Part shown: positions 26,530 to 36,441 of the stretch, in pieces | Numbering within the stretch: position 1 is the first letter of the stretch | How the letters are laid out: each line of letters starts with the position of its first letter | Source of the DNA: Enhydrobacter aerosaccus | Lineage (GTDB): Bacteria > Pseudomonadota > Alphaproteobacteria > Reyranellales > Reyranellaceae | Direction: 5' to 3' | Assembly (NCBI GenBank): GCA_903915535.1 | Contig: CAIWTJ010000204.1 | Span: 37,863 to 101,862, forward strand | Length of the DNA stretch: 64,000 nt | The notes under the pieces: model-generated | Told to the model about the DNA's origin: nothing | The model's input: the letters and a program-made list of their open reading frames with translations, nothing else | The model's database searches: none | Program-made: the position numbers and the translations under genes

Positions 26530-27164
26530 GGAGCGGCCACCTTGGCCGTGCCGATCATCGAGTCGCGCGTCACGAGATCGGCGAGCGCCTCGGCAGTCAT
26601 CCCCTCGGTACCCGCCGGACGTTCCGGCAGCACGAGGTATCGGATCTCCGCGGTCGAGTCCCACACGCGCACGGCCACCTCGTCGGGCAGCGCCAGTCCG
26701 AACTCGCGCAGCACGCCGCGCGGATCGATCACCGCGCGCGAACGATAGGCCGACGACTTGTACCAGACCGGCGGCAGGCCCAGCACCGGCCACGGGTAGC
26801 AGGAGCACAAGGTGCAGACGACGAGGTTGTGCACCGACGGCGTGTTCTCGACGACGACCATGTGTTCGCCCTGCGCGCCGGAATAGCCCATCCCGGCAAT
26901 GGCTGAGGTGGCGTCCTTCAGCAGCTGCGCCTTGTAGGCAGGATCGGACCAGGCGCGCGCGACGATGCGCGCCCCGTTGCGCGGGCCGATCTTGCTTTGA
27001 TAGGCATCGACGATCGCGTCGAGGGCGGCCGGATCGACCAGGCCCTTCTCCACCAGCAGCGACTCGAGCGCCCTGACGCGCAGCGCCGTTTCCGACAGGG
27101 CGCTGTGCTCCTCGTGGTCTTGTCCATGGTCATGCCCATGATCAGAATCGTGACCTTTGCTCAT
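26526..27164 (-). CDS. nthA: nitrile hydratase alpha subunit, cobalt type, with His/Asp-rich N-terminal tail
   Basis: C-terminal 212 aa of ORF 26526..28355. [17 protein letters not shown] metal site (CTLCSC is Co-type; Fe-type is CSLCSC). The N-terminus is [20 protein letters not shown]. Confidence 0.92.
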   Translation of the reverse strand: MSKGHDSDHGHDHGQDHEEHSALSETALRVRALESLLVEKGLVDPAALDAIVDAYQSKIGPRNGARIVARAWSDPAYKAQLLKDATSAIAGMGYSGAQGEHMVVVENTPSVHNLVVCTLCSCYPWPVLGLPPVWYKSSAYRSRAVIDPRGVLREFGLALPDEVAVRVWDSTAEIRYLVLPERPAGTEGMTAEALADLVTRDSMIGTAKVAAP

Positions 27165-27172
27165 GCCCGATC

Positions 27173-28399
27173 CTACACCGGCAAGCGCAGCGACGTCCGC
27201 CGCTTCTGGCCGAAATAAAGCACGCCCAGCAACATCAGATTGAGGACGTTCAGGAGCAGCGCCGCCTGGAAAGCTGCGCGGTAGGAGAGTGTCGCGTCGA
27301 AGATCGCGCCGCCCATCCAGCCGCCCACGGCCATGCCGCCCATGGCGAACAGCATCACGACGCCCAGCCTCCAACCGGCGATGCCCGGACCGTAGAGCGC
27401 CCGAAGATTGAGCGCGTAGCCCTGCACGATCGCGATGTAGGGAATGCCGTGGATCAGCGAGAGAGCGTAGATGCCGGTGAGGCCGTTCACGAACAGGTAG
27501 CCCGTCAGCGAGCCGACCTGGATCACCGAGCACAGCAGGTTCACCTTGATCGGCCCGATATAGTCGGACAACCGCCCCATGGCGAAGGTCGCGGCAACGG
27601 CGGTGAGCAGGATCAGCGAGATCGCCTCCGAGCCGCGCGCCGGCGAGAGGCCGAGATCGCCGCAGAAGGCCACCATGTGAACGAACGGCACGGCCATCGC
27701 CGCGCAGCAGCAGAAGCCGGCGGCCGCCAACAGCGCCATGATCACGGGCGACGGCATGGGCAGGCCCGCGATATCCTCCGACGCCTTGCGTACCGCCTTG
27801 TTGCGCGCGGCCGGCGAGGGCCGCACGTAGAAGGCACAGAGGAAGAGCAGCGTCCCCGCCACGACGGAGTAGATGATCAAAGACTGGCGCCAGCCCACTT
27901 CCGGAAGAAGCTGCCGATAGATCTGCGGCCACACGAAGCCAGACACTGCTGGGCCGACGGAGATGATCGACACCGCCGTGCTGCGGCGCTTGTCGAACCA
28001 GCCCTGCACATTGTTCATCGCGGGCGTAAACGTCGCGGCATTGCCGAGAAAGCCGAGCGGAATGGCGTAGCCCGCGTACAGCGCCCACTCGCCGCCGCTC
28101 ACGGTCAGCCAGCCGCCGGCCAGGATCGACACGCCCGCGATCAGCAACGGCACGCGTGGGCTGGTGCGATCGGCCAGCCAGCCCATGAAGACGCCGCCCG
28201 CGCCCATGGCGAAGAAGCCCAGCATGTAGGCCATCGAGGGCACGGCGCGGCGATCGCCGAAGTCGGCCGCGATCTCCTTCAGCCCCGCGACCGGCAGGTA
28301 GGTGGCGCCGCCGCCCAGGCCGATGCAGAACATCGACAGGAAGGCGAGCCGCCACGCATAGCCGCTGTCGACCCCGGGCTGCTGCACGACCGTGCTCAT
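27173..28399 (-). CDS. MFS transporter
   Basis: Last 408 aa ([20 protein letters not shown]...) of the composite ORF 27173..30691. About 12 hydrophobic segments. The ATG overlaps the sulfatase stop, and the gene ends 8 nt before nthA. Confidence 0.85.
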   Translation of the reverse strand: MSTVVQQPGVDSGYAWRLAFLSMFCIGLGGGATYLPVAGLKEIAADFGDRRAVPSMAYMLGFFAMGAGGVFMGWLADRTSPRVPLLIAGVSILAGGWLTVSGGEWALYAGYAIPLGFLGNAATFTPAMNNVQGWFDKRRSTAVSIISVGPAVSGFVWPQIYRQLLPEVGWRQSLIIYSVVAGTLLFLCAFYVRPSPAARNKAVRKASEDIAGLPMPSPVIMALLAAAGFCCCAAMAVPFVHMVAFCGDLGLSPARGSEAISLILLTAVAATFAMGRLSDYIGPIKVNLLCSVIQVGSLTGYLFVNGLTGIYALSLIHGIPYIAIVQGYALNLRALYGPGIAGWRLGVVMLFAMGGMAVGGWMGGAIFDATLSYRAAFQAALLLNVLNLMLLGVLYFGQKRRTSLRLPV

Positions 28400-30639
28400 T
28401 CGCGCGCGAGCGTTGCCGCGGCCGCCGATTTGGCGTCGAGCGCCTGATCGTCGTCGAGCGTGACCGTCACCTTGCGCAGCTTGCCGGTGAAGGCGAACGG
28501 CGCCTCGTAGTGCGAGACCGGGCTCGAGCGGTCGCGGCCGATGTCGAGGCCCGACCAGGAGATGAAGCTGACGAAGCCCACCTGCTCGTCGAAGCCGCCC
28601 GCCGGCTGGCCGTCGATCAGAAGCGTGGCAAGGTTGCGGCCCTTGTCGCGCCGCATGCGCAGGCCGAGCAGACGGTTGCCGGCCGGCACCGGGCGATCCG
28701 ACACGGCGATATGGTGCACGCCGCCGATGTTCATGTCGTAGGTGAGCCGGTTGTCCTTGATGTAGAGCGAGTAGCCGCAGGTCATGTCGCCGTGGGCGAT
28801 CAGCACGCCTTCGGTCGTCGCGTCCGCGATCTGCACGTCGGCCTCGATCGTGTAGGTGCGGCTCCTCACGTCGGGAGCCACATCGGTCGGCACATGCCCC
28901 ATGCCGGCATGGAACACGAATTTGTTGCGCGGCCCGTGGAAGCGTTTGGCATTGTCGGCGAAGCGCGCCTGGAAGCGGTCGTCGAGCGGCAGCACATTGT
29001 GCGCCTCGGCCTCCTTCCACCACAGGTCGATCAGCGCCTTGAGCTTGGCCGGTTCGTTCTCCGCGAGATCGTCGGTCTCGCTGAAATCGCGGTCGAGATG
29101 GAAGAGCTCCCACTTGTCCTTTTCGAATTCGGACCCGAGCGGATGGAACGCCACGGCTTTCCAGCCGTCCTTCACCAGGCCGCGATGGCCGAACATCTCG
29201 AAATACTGCGGCGCCGCCTTCGACGGCGCCTTGGCGTCCTTGAGGCTGGCGGCGAAGCTCGTGCCTTCGAGCGGCATTTGCGCGACACCGTTGATCGCGG
29301 CCGGCGGCTTCACCCCCACCACCTCGAGCAAGGTCGGGACGAGATCGCTGGCATGGCAGAACTGGTGCCGCAATTCGCCGCGCGCGGAAAGACCCTTGGG
29401 CCAGGAGATCACCAGCGGATCGCGAATGCCACCGCCATGGGTATTCTGCTTGTAGCGGCGCAGCGGCGTGTTCGACGCCATCGCCCAGCCGAGCGGAAAG
29501 TTCGAATGCGTGTCGGGCCCGCCGATGTCGTCGATACGCGCGATCTTCTCCTCGATCGGCTCGCGACGCAGGTTGTAGGGGCCCATGGCATTGACCATGC
29601 CGAACGGCCCGCCCTCCTGGCTGGCGCCGTTGTCGGACATCAGCACGATCATCGTGTCGTCGAGCTGGCCCGACTCCTCGAGGAATTTCACCAGCCGCGC
29701 GATGTGCTGGTCGGCATGGTCGAGCATGGCGGCATAGGCGGCCTGCAGGCGCGTGTAGAGCTTCTTCTCGCCCTCCGGCAGCTCCGCCCACGGCTTCACC
29801 GCGTCGTTGCGCGGCGGCATGCGCGTGTCCTTCGGCACGATGCCGAGATCCTTCTGGCGCGCGAGGCGGCGCTCGCGCTCCAAGTCCCAGCCTTCGGCGA
29901 ACAGCGCGTCGTATTTGCGGATCAGGTCGAACGGCGCCTGGTGCGGCGCATGGCAGGCGCCCAGCGCCACCCAGGTGAGCCACGGGATCTCGGGCCGGTC
30001 GCCCGCGTGATCGGCGAGAAAGCGGATCGACTGGTCGATCAGGTCCGCCGTCAGGTGATAGCCCGTCGCGAACGTGCCGGGCGGCTCGACCGGCGTGTTG
30101 TCGCGCACCAGCTCCGGCGCGTACTGGTCGGTCTCGGCATCCATGAAGCCGTAGTAGCGATCGAAGCCGCGGCCGAGCGGCCAGCCGTCGAACGGGCCGG
30201 TCGCGCCGGACTCCGTGAGCGGCGTCACGTGCCACTTGCCCAGCATGTAGTTGCGATAGCCGTGCGGGCGCAGCATCTCGGCGATGGTGCCCGCTTCCTT
30301 GGCGATCTTGCCGCGATAGCCGGGATAGCCCGAGTCGAAATTTGCGAGGCAGCCGACGCCCACCGAATGATGGTTGCGGCCGGTCAGCAGGGCGGCGCGC
30401 GTGGTCGAGCACATGGCCGTCGTGTGGAAGCCGGTGTAGCGCAGGCCGCGCTGGGCGATCGCATCCATCGTGGGCGTCGAGATCGGCGAGCCGTAGCAGC
30501 CGAGGTCGGAGAAGCCCACGTCGTCGAACAGGATCACGAGGATGTTGGGCGCGCCGTTTGGACGCCGGGGCGCGTCCGGCCAATACGGCTGGGACTCGCC
30601 CACCGTCTTCCCGATCTTTGGGCGTTCTTGGGGCGCCAT
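28396..30639 (-). CDS. large arylsulfatase (type I sulfatase family)
   Basis: ORF 28396..30672, start taken at MAPQERPK (GGGAGGA RBS). [19 protein letters not shown] and [16 protein letters not shown] sulfatase signature region. 747 aa. Confidence 0.88.
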   Translation of the reverse strand: MAPQERPKIGKTVGESQPYWPDAPRRPNGAPNILVILFDDVGFSDLGCYGSPISTPTMDAIAQRGLRYTGFHTTAMCSTTRAALLTGRNHHSVGVGCLANFDSGYPGYRGKIAKEAGTIAEMLRPHGYRNYMLGKWHVTPLTESGATGPFDGWPLGRGFDRYYGFMDAETDQYAPELVRDNTPVEPPGTFATGYHLTADLIDQSIRFLADHAGDRPEIPWLTWVALGACHAPHQAPFDLIRKYDALFAEGWDLERERRLARQKDLGIVPKDTRMPPRNDAVKPWAELPEGEKKLYTRLQAAYAAMLDHADQHIARLVKFLEESGQLDDTMIVLMSDNGASQEGGPFGMVNAMGPYNLRREPIEEKIARIDDIGGPDTHSNFPLGWAMASNTPLRRYKQNTHGGGIRDPLVISWPKGLSARGELRHQFCHASDLVPTLLEVVGVKPPAAINGVAQMPLEGTSFAASLKDAKAPSKAAPQYFEMFGHRGLVKDGWKAVAFHPLGSEFEKDKWELFHLDRDFSETDDLAENEPAKLKALIDLWWKEAEAHNVLPLDDRFQARFADNAKRFHGPRNKFVFHAGMGHVPTDVAPDVRSRTYTIEADVQIADATTEGVLIAHGDMTCGYSLYIKDNRLTYDMNIGGVHHIAVSDRPVPAGNRLLGLRMRRDKGRNLATLLIDGQPAGGFDEQVGFVSFISWSGLDIGRDRSSPVSHYEAPFAFTGKLRKVTVTLDDDQALDAKSAAAATLARE

Positions 30640-30677
30640 TGCTTTTCCTCCCTTTGCGGGCTCTTCTAGCATGCGAC

Positions 30678-31442
30678 ATGCCCCAGTTCACATCCGACGG
30701 CCTCGACCTTTCCTATGATGACTTCGGCGCGGCCGACGCCCGGAAGGCGATCGTGCTGGTGCACGGCTTCTCGTCGAACAAGTACGAGAACTGGAAGCGC
30801 ATGGGCTGGTACGACGCCATCGCGGGCAAGGGCCTGCGTGGCCTGGCACTCGACTGTCGCGGCCATGGCGAGAGCGCCAAGCCGCATGATGCAGCGCAAT
30901 ACGATCGCGCGAAGATGGCGCAGGACATCTTCACCCTGATGGACCGTGCCGGGATCGAGCGCGCGCATCTGCTCGGCTTCTCCATGGGCGCGCACATCGC
31001 GCTTACCGCCGCGATGACCGACGGCGCGCGTATCGATCATCTCGTGGTCGCAGGCGTGGGCGGCAGGATTTTCGAGCCGGCCCGCGAGCCCGATGCGATG
31101 GCCAAGGCCATGGAAGCGGTCTCCCCCGACGAGATCGCCGACCCGATGCTGAAGAGTTTTCGCCATTTTGCCGACGAGCAGAAGGAAGACCGGCTGGCGC
31201 TGGCCGCCTGCTCGCGCGGGCCGCGGGCCGAGATCACGCGCGATGCGCTGTTCGCGATCCGCCGCCCGACCCTGGTGATCGCAGGCCAACGCGACCAGCT
31301 CGCGGGGCCGCCGCAGGGGCTGGCCGAGGCGATCGCGGGCGCCAAGGCCGTGACGCTGCCGGGATGCGACCACTTCTCGATGATCGCGCACGGCCTGTTC
31401 AAGGCGAACGTGTTCGACTTCTTCGACGGCTGGCTCGAGTAA
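30678..31442 (+). CDS. alpha/beta hydrolase
   Basis: Internal start MPQFTSDGLDLSY... VLVHGFSS, GFSMGA nucleophile elbow and a C-terminal DH motif. 254 aa. Confidence 0.8.
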   Translation: MPQFTSDGLDLSYDDFGAADARKAIVLVHGFSSNKYENWKRMGWYDAIAGKGLRGLALDCRGHGESAKPHDAAQYDRAKMAQDIFTLMDRAGIERAHLLGFSMGAHIALTAAMTDGARIDHLVVAGVGGRIFEPAREPDAMAKAMEAVSPDEIADPMLKSFRHFADEQKEDRLALAACSRGPRAEITRDALFAIRRPTLVIAGQRDQLAGPPQGLAEAIAGAKAVTLPGCDHFSMIAHGLFKANVFDFFDGWLE

Positions 31443-32158
31443 TGGCGAAGGTCTCTTTCAAATCGATCCGCGCCCGCGCCGAAAAGCGCAAGGGCGGCCC
31501 CAGGGTGCTGCTGAGCCTGCTGCCGAAGAAGCCCGACAAGAAGGCGCTGGCGAAGCTGCCCGACGACCGCATCCTGTCGGAGATGGCCGAGCGCATCTTC
31601 TCCGCGGGCTTCGTATGGGACGTCATCGACAAGAAGTGGCCGGGCTTCGAGGAAGCGTTCCTCAAATTCAATCCCAAGGCGCTGCTGTTCCAGCCCGCGG
31701 AGTTCTGGGAAAAGCTCGTGGCCGACAAGCGCATCGTGCGCCACCCCGGCAAGATCAAGGCGGTGCGCGAGAATGCCAGGTTCGTGCTCGAGGTCTCGAA
31801 GGAGCACGGCAGCTTCGCGAAGTTCCTCGCGGCCTGGCCGGCGGACGATCAGGTCGGCCTGATGGAGTTCCTCGCCAAGCGCGGCTCGCGACTGGGCGGA
31901 TTCAGCGGACAGTATTTCCTGCGCTTCCTCGGCTGGGATGCGTTCGTGCTGCAGGGCGATGTGTTGACCTGCCTGCGCGATTCGGGCGTGTCGATCGGCA
32001 CCGGCACGTCGAAGAAGGATTTGCGCGCGGCGCAGGCGCAGCTCAATGCCTGGGCCAGGGAGAGCGGACTGCCGATCAGCCACGTCTCGCGCATCTGTGC
32101 CCTCTCGATCGGCGAGAACCATCCGGTCGCGCGCCTCAAGGAGATCATGCAGTCATGA
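31442..32158 (+). CDS. DNA-3-methyladenine glycosylase I (Tag)-like protein
   Basis: Internal start MAKVSFKS, overlapping the hydrolase stop by 1 nt. The central region (IVRHPGKIKAVRENARF...) is colinear with the E. coli Tag HhH core, but I did not see the Tag zinc ligands. Confidence 0.6.
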   Translation: MAKVSFKSIRARAEKRKGGPRVLLSLLPKKPDKKALAKLPDDRILSEMAERIFSAGFVWDVIDKKWPGFEEAFLKFNPKALLFQPAEFWEKLVADKRIVRHPGKIKAVRENARFVLEVSKEHGSFAKFLAAWPADDQVGLMEFLAKRGSRLGGFSGQYFLRFLGWDAFVLQGDVLTCLRDSGVSIGTGTSKKDLRAAQAQLNAWARESGLPISHVSRICALSIGENHPVARLKEIMQS

Positions 32159-32168
32159 TCGTCAACGC

Positions 32169-32225
32169 GACCGCGGAGCTCCAGCTCCGCCTCATGATCA
32201 TGAGCGGACCTGGAGGTCCGCGGTC
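32169..32225. repeat. 57-bp imperfect palindrome (strong hairpin) in the intergenic region
   Basis: gaccgcggagctccagctccgcctcatga | tcatgagcggacctggaggtccgcggtc. The arms match except for 2 mismatches and 1 indel. The centre is the perfect palindrome ctcatgatcatgag. Confidence 0.6.
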
Positions 32226-32242
32226 CCAGTCATGAGAACACA

Positions 32243-32968
32243 ATGACCGAACTTCTTCTCATCAATCCCAACACGACGCAGTCGATCACCGACCTCGTGC
32301 TGAAGCACGCCCGGACCTTCGCCGCGAAGGGCACGACCCTGCGCGCGGTCACCGGTGCGTTCGGGCCGCGCTACGTCGCCTCGCGCATCGGCTACGCCAT
32401 CGCGGGCCACGCGGCAGTCGATGCGCTCGCCAACGACAGGGGAAAGAAGGACGCCGTGGTGCTTGCCTGCTTCGGCGACCCGGGACTGGCGGCCCTGAAG
32501 GAAGTGAGCGCGGTGCCCGTGGTCGGCATGGCCGACGCCTCGATCCTGCAGGCCTGCGCCATGGGCAAGAAATTCTCGATCGTGACCGGCGGCGAACGCT
32601 GGAAACCGATGCTGGAGGAATTCGTGGCGAGCCACGGTCTCGCGTCGCGCCTCGCCTCCGTACGCACCGTCGCGCCGACCGGCGCCGACATCGCGCGCAA
32701 TCCCAAGGCCGCGATGGCGCTGCTCGCCAGGGGCTGCAATGCCTGCGCGACGGACGGGGCCGATGTCGTGATCCTGGGTGGCGCCGGATTGGCGGGTCTC
32801 GCCGCAAAGCTCAAGTCCCAGGTCGATGTCCCTCTGCTCGATGGGGTTGCTTGCGCCATCTCGATGGCCGAAGCGCTCGCGGGCCAGAATCTCGTGCGCA
32901 TGGGCACCCAGCCCGCGCCGGTCGAGAGCATCGGCCTCAGCAAAGGGCTCGCAAAGCTGATCGGATAG
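32243..32968 (+). CDS. Asp/Glu/hydantoin racemase family protein
   Basis: 241 aa. LLINPNTT ... VLACFGDPGL ... VILGGAGL are typical of the hydantoin racemase / Dcg1 family, with two conserved Cys regions. Confidence 0.8.
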   Translation: MTELLLINPNTTQSITDLVLKHARTFAAKGTTLRAVTGAFGPRYVASRIGYAIAGHAAVDALANDRGKKDAVVLACFGDPGLAALKEVSAVPVVGMADASILQACAMGKKFSIVTGGERWKPMLEEFVASHGLASRLASVRTVAPTGADIARNPKAAMALLARGCNACATDGADVVILGGAGLAGLAAKLKSQVDVPLLDGVACAISMAEALAGQNLVRMGTQPAPVESIGLSKGLAKLIG

Positions 32969-32984
32969 ACCTAGGGTCCGTCCC

Positions 32985-33827
32985 ATGCGGTTGCTCAGTT
33001 TTCGCCATGCGAGCGCGTCGAAATTCGGCGCACTCGTCGAGAGCGGCATCGTCGATCTGTCGGCCCGCACCCAGGGTCGCTGGAGCGGCCTGCGCGAGGT
33101 GCTGGCCGCGAAGGCGTTGCCCGATCTCGCGGTGCTGGCCAAGGGCGCGACCGCCGATTTCCAGCTCGCCGACGTCGAGTTGCTGCCGGTGATTCCCGAT
33201 CCGGAAAAGATCCTCTGCATCGGCGTCAACTACGCAAGCCATGCCGCCGAAGTCGGACGCGACCTGCCGCCGGCGCCCAGCGTCTTCTCGCGGCTGCACA
33301 ACACGCTGGTGCCGGCGGGCGGAAACATCGTGCGGCCCAAGGCCTCGATCGCCTTCGACTACGAGGGCGAGCTGGCGGTGATCATCGGCGAGCGCTGCCG
33401 CCACGTGCCGCGCGGTCGCGCATTGTCTGTCGTCGCGGGCTACAGCTGCTTCATCGATGCGAGCGTGCGCGATTTCCAGAAGCACTCCGTCACCGCCGGC
33501 AAGAACTTCCCCGCGACCGGCCCGTTCGGCCCCTGGATGGTGACCGCCGACGTGGTGACCGATCCGCAGCGTCTCGAACTCACCACGAGGCTCAACGGCA
33601 ATATTGTGCAGCGCGACACGACCGACCACATGATCTTCGACGTCGCGACCATCATCGAGTATCTTTCGACCGTCACCTGGCTCGAGCCGGGCGACGTCAT
33701 TGCCACCGGCACGCCCGATGGCGTCGGCCTCGGCCGCAAGCCGCCGCTCTGGATGAAGGGCGGCGACAAGCTCGAGGTGGAGATCTCCGGAATCGGGACC
33801 CTGAGCGTCAATGTCGTCGACGAGTGA
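32985..33827 (+). CDS. fumarylacetoacetate hydrolase (FAH) family protein
   Basis: 280 aa. KILCIGVNYASH, DYEGELAVIIG and GDVIATGTPDGVG motifs. Confidence 0.88.
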   Translation: MRLLSFRHASASKFGALVESGIVDLSARTQGRWSGLREVLAAKALPDLAVLAKGATADFQLADVELLPVIPDPEKILCIGVNYASHAAEVGRDLPPAPSVFSRLHNTLVPAGGNIVRPKASIAFDYEGELAVIIGERCRHVPRGRALSVVAGYSCFIDASVRDFQKHSVTAGKNFPATGPFGPWMVTADVVTDPQRLELTTRLNGNIVQRDTTDHMIFDVATIIEYLSTVTWLEPGDVIATGTPDGVGLGRKPPLWMKGGDKLEVEISGIGTLSVNVVDE

Positions 33828-35097
33828 TCCGATGAGCGTGCCGGCCGATGCCGGCGCCAATAACGACGCCAGGGCAGGCATCGTGCGCGACGCCAAGGTG
33901 ATCAGCCTGATCACCATGGCGCATTTCGTGAGTCACCTGCATGCCCTGCTGCTGCCGCCGGTCTTCGTGCTGGTGAAGGACTCCTTCGGCGTGGGCTACA
34001 CCGAGATCGCGCTGGCGCTCACCGGCTACAACATCGTGTCGGCGCTGCTGCAGACGCCGGCCGGCTTCCTGGTCGACCGCATCGGCCCGCGCATCATGCT
34101 TACGGGCGGACTCCTCGTCGCAACGACAGCGACGGCAATGGTGGCGCTGCTGCCGGGCTACTGGACCTTCATCGCGGCCTACGCGCTGCTGGGCCTCGCC
34201 AACACCGTCTATCACCCCGCCGACTATTCGATCCTCTCGAGCGCCATCGACGGCAAGCGCATCGGCAAGGCGTTCTCGATCCACAATTTCTCGGGATACG
34301 CGGGCTTCGGCGCGGCGCCCGCGTTCATGATCACCTGCACGGCGCTCTGGGGCTGGCACGGCGCCTACCTCGCCGCCTCGCTGCTGGCGCTTTGCGCGGC
34401 CGTCACGCTGATGGCCGCGGGCCACATCCTGCCCAAGGCGCCGCGCCGGCCGGCGCCCAGCGCCAGGAAGGCGGAGGCGAACGACGGCAAGGTCGGCTGG
34501 GACCTGCTGCTGAGCGCGCCGATCCTGCGCCAACTTTTCTTCTTCCTCTGCCTCGGCATGGCCAATGGCGGCATCCAGACCTACTCGGTGGTGTCGCAGC
34601 AGGTGATGTTCGGCACGCCGACTTCGATCTCCAACATCGCTCTGTCGGGCTTCCTGTTGATGAGCGCGGCGGGCGTGCTGCTGGGCGGCATCATCGCCGA
34701 TCGCACCGAGCATCACGGTCGCGTCGCCGCGATCGGCTTTGCCTGCACCGCGGTGATGGCGATCCTGATGGGCTGGGTCGCCTTGCCCGGTTATGCCCTG
34801 ATCCTGGTGATGTCGGTGGGCGGCGTGCTGAACGGCATGATCCAGCCGTCGCGCGACATGATGGTGCGTGCGGTCACGCCGCCGGGCTCGTTCGGCAAGG
34901 TGTTCGGCTTCGTCACGACAGGTCTCAATCTCGGCGGCATGGTGGCGCCGCTGGCCTACGGCTGGATGATGGACCACGGCCAGCCGCAGATGATCTATGC
35001 TGTCGTCACGCTCTTCATTCTCCTGGCGCTGGTGACCGCAATCACCCGCCGCAAACCGGAAGGCTCTCTCCATGGACTCGCTCGCGCCCGCTCCTGA
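33811..35097 (+). CDS. MFS transporter
   Basis: 428 aa, polytopic. The start is uncertain (33811 overlaps the FAH end; the alternative is ATG 33832). Confidence 0.85.
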   Translation: MSSTSDPMSVPADAGANNDARAGIVRDAKVISLITMAHFVSHLHALLLPPVFVLVKDSFGVGYTEIALALTGYNIVSALLQTPAGFLVDRIGPRIMLTGGLLVATTATAMVALLPGYWTFIAAYALLGLANTVYHPADYSILSSAIDGKRIGKAFSIHNFSGYAGFGAAPAFMITCTALWGWHGAYLAASLLALCAAVTLMAAGHILPKAPRRPAPSARKAEANDGKVGWDLLLSAPILRQLFFFLCLGMANGGIQTYSVVSQQVMFGTPTSISNIALSGFLLMSAAGVLLGGIIADRTEHHGRVAAIGFACTAVMAILMGWVALPGYALILVMSVGGVLNGMIQPSRDMMVRAVTPPGSFGKVFGFVTTGLNLGGMVAPLAYGWMMDHGQPQMIYAVVTLFILLALVTAITRRKPEGSLHGLARARS

Positions 35098-35911
35098 TTC
35101 GCAAAAGGACGCCCTGCAGCGCCGCTACGGCGCGACCGGCGTTCCCCTGTCCGGTCCATGGAACGAGGTCATCGCCACGATGCTCGATCATCGCTCGGTG
35201 CGCGGCTACAAGCCCGACCCGGTGCCGCCCGGCACGCTCGAGACCATGATCGCCGCGGCCCAGTCGGCGGCCACCAGTTCCAACATGCAGTGGACGTCGG
35301 TGATCGCCACGACCGATCCCGCCAAGAAGAAGGTGCTGGCCGAGATCGCGGGTGGCCAGAAGCATATCGAGCAGTGCCCGCTCTACCTGTGCTGGGTCGC
35401 CGACATGAACCGGCACGTCACGATTTCGGCGGCCGAGCAGGTCGAGTTCCACACCATGCCCTGGCTCGAGACGTTCATGGTCGCCTGCATCGACGTGGCG
35501 CTGGCGGCACAGAACGCCGTGGTCGCCGCCGAATCGCTGGGACTGAGCACCGTCTATATCGGCGCCATGCGCAACGACCCGGTCAGGGTGGCCGAGCTGT
35601 TCGACCTGCCGAAGCAGTCCTTCGTCGTGTTCGGCCTCTGCGTCGGCTATGCGGCCGAGAAGTCGGTGGGCGAGGTGAAGCCGCGCCTGTCGCAGGCCGC
35701 GATCCTGCACCATGAAAAGTACGACAACTCGGCCGCCCATGCCGAGCGCCTGGCGCACGACGAGGAGATGATGCGATTCTCGGCGCGCCACGAGCTGCAG
35801 GCCGGCACCTGGACGCAGCGTGTGCTCAATCGCCTCGGACCGCTCAAGTCGATGCAGGGCCGCGAGCGCATGCGCGCGGCGCTGGCCAAGCTCGGCTTCG
35901 AGATCCGCTGA
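35072..35911 (+). CDS. oxygen-insensitive NADPH nitroreductase (NfsA family)
   Basis: 279 aa. HRSVRGYKPDPV..., GGQKHIEQCP..., AAESLGLSTVYIGAMRN and KPRL are colinear with E. coli NfsA. Confidence 0.85.
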   Translation: MDSLAPAPDSQKDALQRRYGATGVPLSGPWNEVIATMLDHRSVRGYKPDPVPPGTLETMIAAAQSAATSSNMQWTSVIATTDPAKKKVLAEIAGGQKHIEQCPLYLCWVADMNRHVTISAAEQVEFHTMPWLETFMVACIDVALAAQNAVVAAESLGLSTVYIGAMRNDPVRVAELFDLPKQSFVVFGLCVGYAAEKSVGEVKPRLSQAAILHHEKYDNSAAHAERLAHDEEMMRFSARHELQAGTWTQRVLNRLGPLKSMQGRERMRAALAKLGFEIR

Positions 35912-36439
35912 TTGGCCTCGCGCCGCGCGGCACTTCTCGGCCTTCTCGCGCTTTCAGCGGCAACACCGGCGGCCGCCCAGCAGTGGGTGACCTTCCAGCC
36001 CGGCGGCATGACGGGTTTTCGCGTCGATTTCCCCGGCACGCCCGCGATCAGCGGCAGCAACGCCGCCGGCACGCGCTATGGCATGTCCGCCACCGTCACC
36101 GCCAAGCTCACGACCGGCGACGGCGTGACGTTCCACATCACCTACACGGCCTACCCCGCCGGCACCGCCTCACGTGAACCCCAGAAGGTGCTGGATACGA
36201 TGCAGCTCGGCCGCACGGCTGTCGGCAACGCACAGTCCTTGCGGCGGTTCAGCTTCGATGGCCACCCCGCGCAGCGCACCGTCGTCGACTGGCATGGGCC
36301 TCAGCCGCTGATGATCGTGGCGCTCGACGTCACGCGCGGCGACTGGCTCTACTCGGTCTACTGCTTCGCACCGCGCGGCCAGGAAAACAGCCCCGCGATC
36401 GCCCGCTTCCTCGATTCCTTCGCTCTTCTGCCTCAATAG
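35912..36439 (+). CDS. secreted hypothetical protein
   Basis: 175 aa from a TTG start directly after the nitroreductase stop. Signal peptide MASRRAALLGLLALSAATPAAAQQ. No family recognised. Confidence 0.5.
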   Translation: MASRRAALLGLLALSAATPAAAQQWVTFQPGGMTGFRVDFPGTPAISGSNAAGTRYGMSATVTAKLTTGDGVTFHITYTAYPAGTASREPQKVLDTMQLGRTAVGNAQSLRRFSFDGHPAQRTVVDWHGPQPLMIVALDVTRGDWLYSVYCFAPRGQENSPAIARFLDSFALLPQ

Positions 36440-36441
36440 GA

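Noticed and set aside
27173-30691. 1172-aa ORF spanning the MFS and sulfatase regions as one protein
   Set aside because: The N-terminal two-thirds is an out-of-frame shadow of the sulfatase gene (frame 28396..30672) with an Arg/Pro-rich, low-complexity composition. Only the C-terminal 408 aa look like a membrane transporter, with an ATG overlapping the sulfatase stop.
32243-32968. Linking the hydantoin-racemase-family gene to the hydantoinase at 6192..7637 as one pathway
   Set aside because: The two genes are 25 kb apart, lie in different transcription units, and are separated by unrelated modules. There is no positional evidence for a shared pathway.
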